Assembly: GCF_001194135.2 (NCBI RefSeq)
Contig: NC_069001.1
Location: 22,281,437-22,345,436, forward strand
Source of the DNA: Octopus bimaculoides
Taxonomy: Eukaryota
Direction: 5' to 3'
Length of the DNA: 64,000 bases
In this document: piece by piece, positions 51,934 through 64,000 of the stretch
Position numbering within the stretch: the first letter of the stretch is position 1
How the letters are laid out: each line of letters opens with the position of its first letter
Position numbers and translations under genes: made by a program
Notes under the pieces: generated by a model
Told to the model about the DNA's origin: nothing
The model's database searches: none
What the model saw: the letters and a program-made list of their open reading frames with translations, nothing else

Positions 51934-53755
51934 ATCTGAACCTGGCTGCCTTTTCTTTTCATCTTTTTTCGAGTAATATCTTTTTCTTTCCACCAATCAT
52001 TCTCTTAATTTCCCTTTATCCTGTCTTTCCATTCAATAACATTCTGCTATTGAATATATTTGTAGAATATAAAACAACGGCTCAATTGTCAAATTTTCTC
52101 AGTATCATTCACATGAGAACATCAGTGCACAACATTACAAAAAAGGAAAGAAATTCAAAGTTAAAACTCTGTAATAACATGATGAATACAAATGAAGCAA
52201 ATTTGGTATTTCCTTCGCAGTAGGTTTATTTTTGCTTTCCATACAATTTTACTTTCATCACGTTATCCTATAAGTAATGTGGTTTTTCCATCAAATTTAA
52301 AACGACGCAAAAAGAAAAGCTCAACTGTTATATTTCTAAATGTATTTTTTATCTTTTACTAGTTATCACAACCTATTAGTGGCTCAAGGGCTTTCCACTG
52401 CTATGCTTCGAATACAGGTGGGTTTCAAGCAAAATGCATACAAAAGGATATGTCATTGCGTTTCTTTTTAAATAATGAAAAGAAATATAGCGTTTTTCCT
52501 AAAGTTATTTTTATAGCTTCATGTAAAGATAATGATCTGAAGAAAAGAAATCTGGATAAAAGGGAGGATACAGTTTTTATCCTCAAGGAAGCTCTTCGAG
52601 TTCTTTTTTATCTTCGCATTAGTAATCCCAATAATAAAGCAGGAGGCATGCATTCTCATATTGCAAATGAGTTTTCTTATAAACTAAAAAGTTATCAATT
52701 TTCTATTAACACAATATTCAAGTCTTAACAAAGCTTTTTGCTGTATTAGTAAACCGATTTTATATAATTAACATTACTCTTTCCAAGAAAGGCCAACCCT
52801 TTCCCAATTTTTTTTATTTGTTTCGTCAATGAAAGAAATGTTTCTGAAGATCTAAACTAAAGTAGGCATCACTATACATCTAAATGAGACTGAAGTGAGA
52901 AAGAATATTAATGATTCAATTATATTAATCTTAATAAGTCAGCTATAACAAAACTGCATTATTTTCTCTACTAAAATGTTGGATCATTGCGTTTCCCTTA
53001 TATAATATATAATATACGATATGTAAACATTACATTATGTCCATATCGGTTTTCCTTGTAGTGAATAGAATTTGAAATTCCTCCAAAAGTTATAGATTTC
53101 TAGTAGCTGGTTCATACCTAAGTATGGTGACAATGGAAACAGTTTCGATTTCTCACAGCAGGAAAGAAAGAAAAACTGGGTTTTTAGATTTATTTATTGG
53201 ATTCCTAGGGAAGATCTTTGTTACTCAAGAGATGAGTCAACAAAGGAGTAATAGTCTCTGCATATCACTCAAATGTCACCCTTCCCATTTAGAAAAAAAA
53301 GAAAGGACTGTATAGCCCTAAAGGAGCAAGAACGCCACACTTAGAGGTCTTGCTATTCAAGGCTTCTCTGAGGCTAAATGGCAGCAACACTTGCCCTACT
53401 GCTGTCTTAAGACGTTGGATAATGTAGTCTTGGTTATGCTTGGCATGGAAAGAAGATGGTTTGATATAAACGTTGCCCATAGAATTACTTAATAAAGTAC
53501 AACTTAATGTAGAACAAGAAATATGAAGAGATGATTTCAGATATGGAACTTATCAATACTTAAATCTTATCAAATGGAGGATGCTGTTTTTAAGGCTGCA
53601 ATATGTAACCCAACACTAATTCTACTGAATGATATCCAGAGAATTTATGAGGGGATCATTGCAAATGATTTCAGAATACAGTATAGTCAACACCTGTAAT
53701 CCTTTATGTTCAGGTACAGCGATAGCTGTTCATTCCAGTCTGAAGTACCATATCC

Positions 53756-53819
53756 CTTAACAATACATAAGTTTATTGCAGGACCTGACTGTCCTGCAAT
53801 AAACTTACGTATTGTTAAG
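53756..53819. other. 64-nt hairpin, 29-bp stem with one mismatch, 6-nt loop
   Basis: cttaacaatacataagtttattgcaggac-ctgact-gtcctgcaataaacttacgtattgttaag. Confidence 0.9.
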
Positions 53820-54114
53820 AGGTCACCATACAATCCATCGCGTCACGGAAATGCTGGTCTTGTTTTGCCTCTCTGGTAATGTCCATATCCTAAAGTAATC
53901 AACAGCATCACACAAGAAATCTGCCATGATTTCCTTCTCTCTTTGACAAATACACAATTTTTGTTGACCAGTTCCAATATAACAATCCATTTATTAATTC
54001 CAGGGAGAATATAAGCTGGACACCTTACTACTGAATATTCCCCCGACAGTGTTCCTTTATTGCATTTATCACCACCGCACTATACTTTATATAGTTGTCT
54101 TTCTCGAGTTATAT

Positions 54115-54193
54115 TGTGTAACCTGGTATACTATCTAACCATGTGTAACCTGGTATACTATCTAACCATGTGTAACCTGGTATACTATCTAAC
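54115..54193. repeat. 27-bp tandem repeat, ~3 units
   Basis: Unit tgtgtaacctggtatactatctaacca. Confidence 0.95.
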
Positions 54194-54194
54194 A

Positions 54195-55071
54195 TTGTGT
54201 TGAGCACATGATGAAGGATGAAAGGCAACTGACTATAAATCAAATAGCCATAAATCAAACAGCATATCCCGTTCGAGAGTTTGTGAATATTCTGTACAAT
54301 GCACTTGGCACGATGAATGTTCCTTCTCGGTAGGTACCACATCTTCTGACACCTGATTAAAAGCGTACCAAGCTAATCACATCACAGGAAAATGTGACAG
54401 TGTTTGAGGTAAATTCAACTAGTTTCCTTCAATGTTTCTGAGCCTGTGATGTGTTGGGTTTGAGCCATAGATAAACGAAACACCAAGCAGTAGAAACACC
54501 CCACCTCGCCGGCTCGAAAGAAAGCCATGGTCGTTTCATCTGCAAAGAAGATGATGGTCCTAGTTTTTGGGGATGCAAAAGGCATTGTGTTTATTGATTG
54601 TCTTCAAAAGGACCACACCATCAATGAAGAGCTGCCTGCCAACTTGCTGAGGCAGTCACGAAAGGTTATCGAAATCAAAAGCCCTGAAAAACACGAAAGG
54701 GGCTTGTTTCATCAGGATAATTCTCCTACTCACCATTCGTTGGTTTCAATGACTGCTCTGTGTGATTGTGGCTTTGAACTAGTTGAACATTCTTCCCATG
54801 CTCCTAATTTAGCCCCATCTGATTATCATCTGTTCACCAGCATGAAAACACAATTGGCTGGGAACTAGTGTTGCAATGATGACATCATGTCTGCTGTTGA
54901 TGATTTTTTGACCAACATAATGAAAGCTTCTTCACCAATTGGAACCAAGCATTGCAACATCAATGGAAGAAGTGTGGGCCGCAAAGGGAATTATGCTGAA
55001 AAATAAACTTTATATGGTCATATTCCATGAGAGAATTTTGTTCAGCATATGAACATTTCAGCCGACCCTCG
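54195..55071 (+). mobile_element. mariner relic (irritans/Hsmar2-like), 5' end missing
   Basis: VPHLLTPD, SAKKMMVLVFGDAKGIVFID, FHQDNSPTH and APNLAPSDYHLF; right TIR ...tttcagccgaccctcg-TA. Confidence 0.85.
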
Positions 55072-55299
55072 TACTTCAGGGCATTTAACACTGGGACGGG
55101 TCTTCTACTGTCAGCTATGCGTTTCTGTTTGCTAACGAAAAATGCACACAAGCTCTTTATAACATGACAGAGTCTACAGTGGGGAAATTGGGAAAGTTAA
55201 CAAGCTCAATATACGATACAGGAGTGGAATAATTTGAAGTGAAAGATAGCATCCGATTAGCGAAAGGAAAGTGTGGACCAAGCAGGAGGATCAGGAAAA

Positions 55300-56455
55300 T
55301 GAAGCAGTCGAGGAAGGAAAAGACCAGCCTAAGAAAGCGATGGAAATGTGCTGCGAAAGACGAAAAACCTGGCCTCGCGCTGCTGTACGACTATTTAAAA
55401 TGGAAATGCCGTTATGTGCAACGACATATTCGCCGATATGAACGAAAAAAAGGAAAGGAAAAAGACTCGGTGACTGTTTCTGAGGGACCCGTCAGGAGTT
55501 ACTAAGAAGCTGTTCACTGAACCGAAGAGTAGCACTTTATCGTGCACTAAGAAACTTACTGCGATCCACACCGTAACCAGTCACTGCCACCTCTAAATGG
55601 GCTTAAGCATCTCTTAGAACCTGATATCGGATTTCAAATTGGAAACATCAAGGAGAAAGAGATGAATGATTTCGTAAGAGAAGCTAGATCAAAGTGTGCC
55701 CCAGGATGTGATGCCGTCTCCTATAAAGTTTGCATATTTTGCAATCGTCTGCGAAAGAAGTTCTTTGTCCTACTGCGACAGCTGTGACACGAAGAGACTC
55801 TAGAAAAGGATTGGTGTAAGGCAGAGACTATAAATGCAGGAACTATAAAACAGTTTAGGCCGATATCGTTGTTGAATGTGGAAGGCAAGATCTTTATGGG
55901 AATTCTCTCAAAGACAATAGAGGTATATTTACAGAATAATGGATATGTTGATGAATCTGTTCAAAAGGCCGGAATCCCTTGGATCCCTGGATGCGTTGAG
56001 CACTATCTTTTGATCTGAAAGCGATCCAGGATGCCAGACAGAAGAAGACAAGTCTGAATGTGGTATGGCTTGACCTAGCTAATGCATATGGCTCTACCAC
56101 ACGAATAACTGATGCGAACCATGGACCACTTCCACATTCCAGTCAAAGTAATCAGATTAATGAGGATATATTGTGACAGTTTCGAGACGAGATTTACAGC
56201 TAGAGATTTTACAACAGATTGGCACCAATTGGAGATTGGCATTGCTACTGGTTGCACAACTGTCACATGGTTTATCTTAATCATGGAGATGATTTTGAAA
56301 GCCGTGGATTTTTTGGAACAAATCGCCCATGTACAATCACCTAAGAAGGCCTTCATGGATGGCGTGACACTTTTATCAACAGACAAGCAAATCATGCTCC
56401 GGTATGCAAAGCTTTCGACTGGGTAGTACTTGCATTTGCAAGTTGTTTGCAGAAC
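55300..56455 (+). mobile_element. HERO-like (R2 superfamily) non-LTR retrotransposon, copy 1: RT N-half joined to the 3' terminus
   Basis: QFRPISLLNVEGKIFMGIL, YVDESVQKAGIP, VWLDLANAYGS, LEIGIATGCT and FMDG, then an abrupt switch to the terminal ~60 nt. Confidence 0.8.
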
Positions 56456-56475
56456 ATCTAAATATATATATATAT

Positions 56476-57588
56476 CGGAAGGGATTTGGTTTTGTCGCAG
56501 ATTAGTTCAGACCATTTGCAAGTATGATGCGGAGCGAACGCAGATATGCTGTTAGCAACAGCGTCAAAACAAGGGAAGCAGAGAGAAGAGAGCTTCATTG
56601 GATCCAATGCAGTCAATAAGGACAGATGACGAGATGGGAAGAACATGTTGAAAGAGAAATAAGTTGGAATGAGATATGGAGGTGGACCACATCTCGGCTA
56701 AGTTTTCTTATTTGTTCATCCTATGATGTCTTGCTATCACCTACAAATCTAGTAACATGGAATCTCTCAGAGAATGAAATATGCAAATGCGGCAAGCTCG
56801 GAACACTGACACATGTTCTTTCCAACTGTTCACTAGCATTGAACAGATATACAGATATACATGGAGACACAACCTGGTCCTTAAGGTTATCTTCAATGCT
56901 CTAAAAAATTGATCTCATCAACAGTGAAAATAAAAACGTTGAAAATAACAACCAGAGATTTCATTACCTTCGTGCGCTTAGGACAGCAGATCTGTTTCAA
57001 GAAGAAGGAACTTCCTGTGAGCGATGAAAAGTGGAACGGCTATTGGGAGGTGGTTGCAGATTTAACAGGGTGCCAGGGACTTTTTCCCATCCCAGTTACG
57101 AAAAAATCGGACATTTTAATGTGGTGTGAAAGAAAGTGGTGAATCTAGTTCACTTAACGATTCCTCATGAAAGATTAACCGTTATGTAAACCTCCTCAAG
57201 GAATGTGAAGATGCAGGCAGGAAAGCGAAGCATTTTCCAATCGAAATCGGATGTAGAGGATTTGTTGGACAACTGCGGTTATCGATAGGTCTAACGCAAC
57301 GTAAAGTAAATACCACCGATATTCAAACTTCAGTGGAAAAGGCTAGCTACTGGATTTGGTTAAAATAGATGATGAACGATGGCTAGAGTAATATTGAACT
57401 TTATTTGCTAACCAGTTAATCTACCAAGCGGGGCCTCATATCAGTGATGGGGGCCGGTGTGCAATGATGCCATCGAGAGATAGGCCCCTAGATGGCGCGC
57501 ATTCTCTTTTGATGACCCCATACACATACTGGGTTCCGGAATGCGGAGCTTTCGACTGGTAGTACTTGCATGTGTAAGTTGTCTGCAG

Positions 57589-57591
<3 letters not shown>
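56476..57591 (+). mobile_element. HERO-like copy 2: CCHC knuckle, REL endonuclease and 3' UTR
   Basis: SWNEIW...RLSFLI.SSYDVLLSPTNLVTW, CKCGKLGTLTHVLSNC, SDILMW and IEIGCRGF; ends cagaac-(AC)n. Confidence 0.8.
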
Positions 57592-57658
<67 letters not shown>

Positions 57659-58544
57659 NNNNNNNNNNNNNNNNNNNNNNNNNNNNNNNNNNNNNNNNNN
57701 NNNNNNNNNNNNNNNNNNNNNNNNNNNNNNNNNNNNNNNNNNNNNNNNNNNNNNNNNNNNNNNNNNNNNNNNNNNNNNNNNNNNNNNNNNNNNNNNNNNN
57801 NNNNNNNNNNNNNNNNNNNNNNNNNNNNNNNNNNNNNNNNNNNNNNNNNNNNNNNNNNNNNNNNNNNNNNNNNNNNNNNNNNNNNNNNNNNNNNNNNNNN
57901 NNNNNNNNNNNNNNNNNNNNNNNNNNNNNNNNNNNNNNNNNNNNNNNNNNNNNNNNNNNNNNNNNNNNNNNNNNNNNNNNNNNNNNNNNNNNNNNNNNNN
58001 NNNNNNNNNNNNNNNNNNNNNNNNNNNNNNNNNNNNNNNNNNNNNNNNNNNNNNNNNNNNNNNNNNNNNNNNNNNNNNNNNNNNNNNNNNNNNNNNNNNN
58101 NNNNNNNNNNNNNNNNNNNNNNNNNNNNNNNNNNNNNNNNNNNNNNNNNNNNNNNNNNNNNNNNNNNNNNNNNNNNNNNNNNNNNNNNNNNNNNNNNNNN
58201 NNNNNNNNNNNNNNNNNNNNNNNNNNNNNNNNNNNNNNNNNNNNNNNNNNNNNNNNNNNNNNNNNNNNNNNNNNNNNNNNNNNNNNNNNNNNNNNNNNNN
58301 NNNNNNNNNNNNNNNNNNNNNNNNNNNNNNNNNNNNNNNNNNNNNNNNNNNNNNNNNNNNNNNNNNNNNNNNNNNNNNNNNNNNNNNNNNNNNNNNNNNN
58401 NNNNNNNNNNNNNNNNNNNNNNNNNNNNNNNNNNNNNNNNNNNNNNNNNNNNNNNNNNNNNNNNNNNNNNNNNNNNNNNNNNNNNNNNNNNNNNNNNNNN
58501 NNNNNNNNNNNNNNNNNNNNNNNNNNNNNNNNNNNNNNNNNNNA
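57659..58544. other. assembly gap (largest of many)
   Basis: N-run; others at ~8467, 14593, 27292, 32741, 44262, 47855 and 61695, almost all next to microsatellites. Confidence 0.99.
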
Positions 58545-58605
58545 CCATTCCAAAAAACTAGGTGATCAAAAAATCAAAATAAGCAACACGGATTTCAAAG
58601 ATGAT

Positions 58606-58693
58606 TGCAGTACGCACGTTTCATGCTACTCCATTTATTTAAGTAATGCGAGCATTACATTAAATGCAATATGTAGAGCAATCTTCAGCTGCA
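58606..58693 (-). ncRNA. type I hammerhead ribozyme motif with extended stem II, intact core
   Basis: UGCAG-CUGAAGA-U-UGCU...AGCA-U-GAAA-CGUGCG-UA-CUGCA, GUA triplet. The plus-strand twin starts at 60372 and is cut by the gap at 60422. Confidence 0.7.
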
Positions 58694-60421
58694 GGAAAAT
58701 GCAGAAAATCACAGTAGAATAGACATATTATAATTGTGGCAACATTTCAAATCCAAGTGGGAGGAAGAATACATAAAAATCCATCTGGACATAGCCAAGT
58801 CTATCAGGCTAGTAATTGGTTCTAGGCAAAAAAATTCTGAAGTGCCTCTGATTTTATTGTCTCTTATCTAGTAGTAATAGTATGATGGACAATCACTTCT
58901 AAGGAAAGGGAAGGTGTAAGCATTTTGCATGGACAAGGCTATAAAAGATATGGTTTTAAAGGATTCTCTGGTGAGAGTGGCAACACTCTTATAGGTTGGT
59001 TTTCTTTTACTACTATCAAAATGTTGAGGAATTAAACCCTAGGTATATAGGTCAAACAGGGCTTTTTCTTTAGTCTGAATATTAGGAATTTGTTGCACCC
59101 GTAGTGTAGTGTACAGATGCATTATTAGTACAATAACCGAGAATTATATTTACANNNNNNNNNNAGGGCTATTAATTAGCACATATTTTAAATTGGAAAT
59201 TGAACCTCTATAACAAATATTCCTGATCTCTCACCTTTACATTTAATCTACTTGTGATAAATAAGATTTAAAATCTACTCCATAGAAGATATTCTTTCAC
59301 ACCACTTCTGCTATTGCTGTTAGTTTCTCAATATGTATCTTAACCCTATATAGCTTATAAGAATAGAAAATTTTCATAATTTTTTACGTTATTTAATGCT
59401 TGACTTTAAAAGAATTATTATTATTGTTATTATTACATTATTCCAGGGCTTACAGCAATAGTGTCTTGTTTATTTTGTATTTTTTACTTAAATAAATCTA
59501 ATCCTTATGCCCAAAATTAATCTAATCCTTATTCAATTAATATTTTTTAATTAGCCCATGTTAATCTTGAAACAAATCCATGACTAATGAAACTTTTAAT
59601 CAATCATCAGGTTCCTGTATTAGATGTCCTTGTTAATTCCTAATATCCTTTTTCTTTTTATGTACCTTAAACCTTAGTAAACCCATAAACTAATATAAAT
59701 CCTATACTAATTTTTCTTCACATTATAAAAATAAAGCTTAAACTTTATGTGTCTTCTAAATAGTATTATTATATATATCAACTAAAATTTTAAAATAATT
59801 TTTTAAAATAATTCAAAATTATTTTCATGAAGCCAATATACTTAATATCCTTAGACTTTACACCTTATCTATAGCCTCTGAATTCAATACTGACATTACT
59901 TCATGCTTTTTTTATTAGCATACCTCTAATTGTTAAAATATTGGTTAAACTAATATTGATATCTGTAAAACAATACTGATGCTCTATTCAGACTAAAGAA
60001 AAAGCCCTGTTTGACCTATATACCTAGGGTTTAATTCCTTAACATTTTGATAGTATTAAAAAAAAAACAACCTATAAGAGTGTTGCCACTCTCACCTGAG
60101 AAACCTTTATAACCATATCTTTTATAGCCTTGTCCATGCATAATGCTTACACCTTCCCTTTCCTTAGAAGTGATTGTCCCTCATACTATTACTACTAGAT
60201 AAGAGACAATAAAATCAGAGACACTTTAGAATTTTTTGCCTAGAACTAATTACTAGCCTGATAGACTTGGCTATGTCAAGATGGATTCTTATGTATTCTT
60301 CCTCCCACTTGGATTTGAAATGTTGCCACAATTATAATATGTCTATTCTACTGTACTTTTCTGCATTTTCCTGCAGCTGAAGATTGCTCTACATATTGCA
60401 TTTAATGTAATGCTCGCATTA
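58606..60421 (+). mobile_element. decayed Penelope-like element with ~437-bp inverted terminal duplication
   Basis: 58644-59081 is the reverse complement of 59985-60421. The interior has LDVLV and PIYLGFNSL-like RT-thumb/linker remnants; hammerhead in the repeat. Confidence 0.7.
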
Positions 60422-60639
60422 NNNNNNNNNNAAAAAAAAAAAAAAATAAATAAATAAATAGATTTTAAAAAATCTTAAAAAGTATGATTATTTAGCGGAA
60501 ATTAAATTTGGTACCAACTTTGATTTTTTATTTGTTAAAATTCCGGCGACGAGGATTAACTCTGGAATCCACCCCCTGTATAGTTTGTGAATTTAGAGGT
60601 AGGATCACCCAAGACATATAAATAGAGGTAGTCAGGCCG

Positions 60640-60895
60640 TCGTTTGGGCGTTGGTAGAGCTGTTGAGTAGCTGACGAGTAGCGGTTGAGTAGAGATCATC
60701 CGAAGGCGCTGGATGGCAGTAGCTTGAGACATAACAACAACTGATACTTGTTTGTTTACATCTCTTTTAAATCTAGCAGTTCAGTAATAGCGTCCGACAG
60801 AATTAGTACTGGGGTCGGTCTGTTGGATTAAACCCCTTCAAAGCTGTGCCTTAGCATGGTTGCAGCCCAGTCACTGAAACAAGTACATAAAAAAA
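60640..60895 (+). mobile_element. SINE sharing the family A 3' half with a different head
   Basis: The tail tagtactggggtcg..ccttagcatggttgcag..actgaaacaagt matches family A; the 5' part does not. Confidence 0.5.
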
Positions 60896-62614
60896 CAGTT
60901 TATTTAAAAAAAAAAAAAATCGAAAATATACCAAAGAAACAAAAAGCCTGAAAGAAATGACCAAAACAACCCACATCTGTGATGTATCAGTAAAGTAAAA
61001 GAACTTATCGTTGATTGGACGTTGACATTTTATAGATTCTGGTTCACAATTTCATTAGTTCAGTGGTTTGATTTGTACATTATAAACTTGCTAGCAAATC
61101 TTATCAATCAACAATATATTGCTTAATGGTAAATGTATTTGTATTTCTTTCCTTGTTTCATTTTATTATATCCTATCTTATGTTTGTGAAGAAGAAAATT
61201 AACTCAGTAAAATAATTGTTGATTGAATAAACGATTTCCAAACTATCCATTTATTTAACATTTCAAAATAGATTTACATTATCCAGTTCAGAAATGATTT
61301 CTTTCATTTTTCTTGCTTTATTTTCATAAAAGAAGACATTTACAAGGAAATTTAACATTTCTTAATCTATTGAAACTTTGCTTTACTTAACATTGTGGTC
61401 GTCACACACACACAGACACACACACACACACACACGTACAAACACACACACGCACACATACACACACAGTGGAACACAAACACACACATACATACACACA
61501 GAGATTCACGCATATATACCTCCACACACACATTCATGTGTGTATATAAATATATATTCACATACGTATAGATACAAATATATATATATGTGTGTGTATA
61601 CATATATGAATTTATACTTATATATGTATATATATGTATATACATATAATACATATGTATATATACACACACATATATAAATATACGTATATATNNNNNN
61701 NNNNNNNNNNNNNNNNNNNNNNNNNNNNNNNNNNNNNNNNNNNNNNNNNNNNNNNNNNNNNNNNNNNNNNNNNNNNNNNNNNNNNNNNNNNNNNNNNNNN
61801 NNNNNNNNNNNNNNNNNNNNNNNNNNNNNNNNNNNNNNNNNNNNNNNNNNNNNNNNNNNNNNNNNNNNNNNNNNNNNNNNNNNNNNNNNNNNNNNNNNNN
61901 NNNNNNNNNNNNNNNNNNNNNNNNNNNNNNNNNNNNNNNNNNNNNNNNNNNNNNNNNNNNNNNNNNNNNNNNNNNNNNNNNNNNNNNNNNNNNNNNNNNN
62001 NNNNNNNNNNNNNNNNNNNNNNNNNNNNNNNNNNNNNNNNNNNNNNNNNNNNNNNNNNNNNNNNNNNNNNNNNNNNNNNNNNNNNNNNNNNNNNNNNNNN
62101 NNNNNNNNNNNNNNNNNNNNNNNNNNNNNNNNNNNNNNNNNNNNNNNNNNNNNNNNNNNNNNNNNNNNNNNNNNNNNNNNNNNTATATATATATATATAT
62201 ATATATTCATACACGTAAATATATTACAAACATGCGCGCGCTGATCGCTGGGTACTGTTTCAATAATACAGACTCTACATCACAGTATTGCGTTGTCGTT
62301 TACTTATATTGTCTTTATTCTCTGGGCCTGTTTAGTGTCTACTTAACGTTTTGAAATAGATTGAAATTATCCAGTAGTGAAATGTTCGTAGTCTTGTGTT
62401 CTTTTTATGAGCGCTGGTATTTATCAGGAATATATTATACAACCCTCGTACTTGTATGACTAGAGTATGGTTTGGTGTTGTGAGGTTTAAAATTTCCCTT
62501 TTGCAGTCAAATTTATAAAATCATATCGGTTATTAGTAGATTGTTTGTGGAACTACTTGTTTATAGTTTGTTTGGAAAGAGTTTTTAAATGAATAGTTAT
62601 GGAGTATGCTTACA

Positions 62615-63510
62615 GGAAGACGAAACCATCCTACATACAATAATTCAGTGTCCGTGCATTAGAGAGTTGTGAGACTGTGTGGAACATCTGTTGTCGCGTG
62701 TAAGACGAATTCAGCTGTTTGCCGAGTGTATAGTGAAGATGGACGCACAACCTTCCCTTACCAGAGAAGGAAGGAAGATCTTTCTTTGCTTAGTAGCTTT
62801 GACAAAAGAGGTTATGTGGTGGACCCGTCTGAAAGGTTTCAAGACAGGCAGCTTCCTTTCTGATCAAGCCCTCATCAATTTCTTTAAATATCATTTGAAG
62901 AAGGTGAGAATAGAGAGGGAGGGACTGCCTTCTAGTGTGTTTATCAAAAGGTGGTCGACAGTGGTAAGACTGGTGAGACTGAATAGATCGATTCTGAGTA
63001 ATGCTTTTCCAGGGGCGGATCCGAGGGGCATGTGCTCCCCTCAAGAAAAGAAGTGCGCCCTTCTAAATAATGTTATTACACCCTTTTCTCTTGGAATTGC
63101 ATTCCCTCCTGATGTTTTGCCCTCCCTTCGAAAAATTCCTGAGACCACGCTAGGTTTTCTAAGTAGAAAGAAACTGGTAGAGGGCACTTTCCCATGCCTT
63201 GGGGATAGCAGAGTGATCCGGGACATTTGCATGAGGTTTGCCCCGAATAACCCTAAGTGGACTGCCTCACTATTGGGGATTTTATTTATTTATTTATTTA
63301 TTTGTTTATGCATTTATTCATTTATCTTATTTCCATTAAATATCCTCTGTTATATCCTTTAACGTGGTAGCATCTCCCTTTGATTGATGTAAACCCCACC
63401 TGTTTTTGCAATTTTTGTTTTCGTTCTTTTGTGTGTGTGTCTGTGCAGTAACTCATCCTTCGATATTGTCCGCCATGTCTTGTACCCTTCTGTCGAATAA
63501 AAAAATCATT
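62615..63510 (+). mobile_element. L1/Tx1-clade retrotransposon 3' end with UTR
   Basis: IQCPCI..EHLLSRV..IFLCLVALTKEVMWWTRLKG..ALINFFKYHLKK..FIKRW, typical of an L1/Tx1 ORF2 C-terminus; AATAAA-like A-rich end near 63496. Confidence 0.65.
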
Positions 63511-63537
63511 ATAATTCTTTCTACAAAATTATTATTA

Positions 63538-63599
<62 letters not shown>

Positions 63600-63600
<1 letters not shown>

Positions 63601-63695
63601 CGTTGAGGTCGACTTTGCCTCTCGTCTTTTGGGGTCGATGTAATCGTCTAGTCTCCTCCCCACAAATTCCAGGCCTTGTGCCTTTAGTAGAAATT
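63600..63695 (+). mobile_element. SINE-B 3' fragment embedded in (ATT)n
   Basis: gaggtcgactttgcct..tttggggtcgat..aaattccaggccttgtgcc. Confidence 0.7.
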
Positions 63696-63697
63696 AC

Positions 63698-63755
<58 letters not shown>

Positions 63756-64000
63756 TTATGTTTGACTTTTGTTTTGCATTTGTACAAGTTGGATCCAAGT
63801 CTCACCCAGAGACCTCAAGAGACAACAAGTTAGAAGTTCATGTAGGTGTTATGCCTAGGGTACCATATATTTGGATTTGTACAGTTTTGTTCAAGTGAAT
63901 GTTTAAGAGACCATAAGAAAATTATGTGTTTGCTTTAAAATTTGAGATCACATAGACAGTATTTTACGTAGGATATGGGCAGTTCCCATGAACACTATCT

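Noticed and set aside
59041-59062. RYIGQTG motif suggesting GIY-YIG on the plus strand of the left arm
   Set aside because: It is antisense to the strand carrying the hammerhead and RT-linker remnants in that arm, and lacks the upstream GIY/VVY and CxxC; treated as chance.
62679-63362. 227-aa ORF as a host gene
   Set aside because: First half is an L1/Tx1 ORF2 C-terminus; the rest is read-through into the element UTR.

Overview
AT-rich, repeat-saturated eukaryotic DNA from a gapped short-read assembly; nearly every N-run abuts a microsatellite. The SINE families, RTE tails and microsatellite density suggest an octopus or other coleoid cephalopod (inference from repeat content only). No complete host gene is visible, and most ORFs in the track are translated microsatellites or transposon debris. 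The window contains many tRNA-derived SINEs (2-3 families), RTE 3' tails and one RTE fragment. It also holds at least five Penelope-like element (PLE) remnants, several with inverted terminal duplications and minimal type I hammerhead ribozyme motifs. Other mobile elements are R4/Dong-like, HERO-like and L1/Tx1-like non-LTR retrotransposon fragments, mariner and Tc1 relics, piggyBac-, pogo- and hAT-type MITEs, and two non-autonomous Helitron-like (Lep1/HINE-type) elements. One of these Helitron-like elements encloses a PLE RT-thumb plus GIY-YIG segment and has a mariner in its 3' tail. A few isolated plus-strand exon candidates may belong to a long-intron host gene; one encodes an FPAVMLC(N) motif typical of DEG/ENaC channels, but this is unproven. 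Repeat boundaries were read by eye and are approximate unless a TSD or TIR is quoted.
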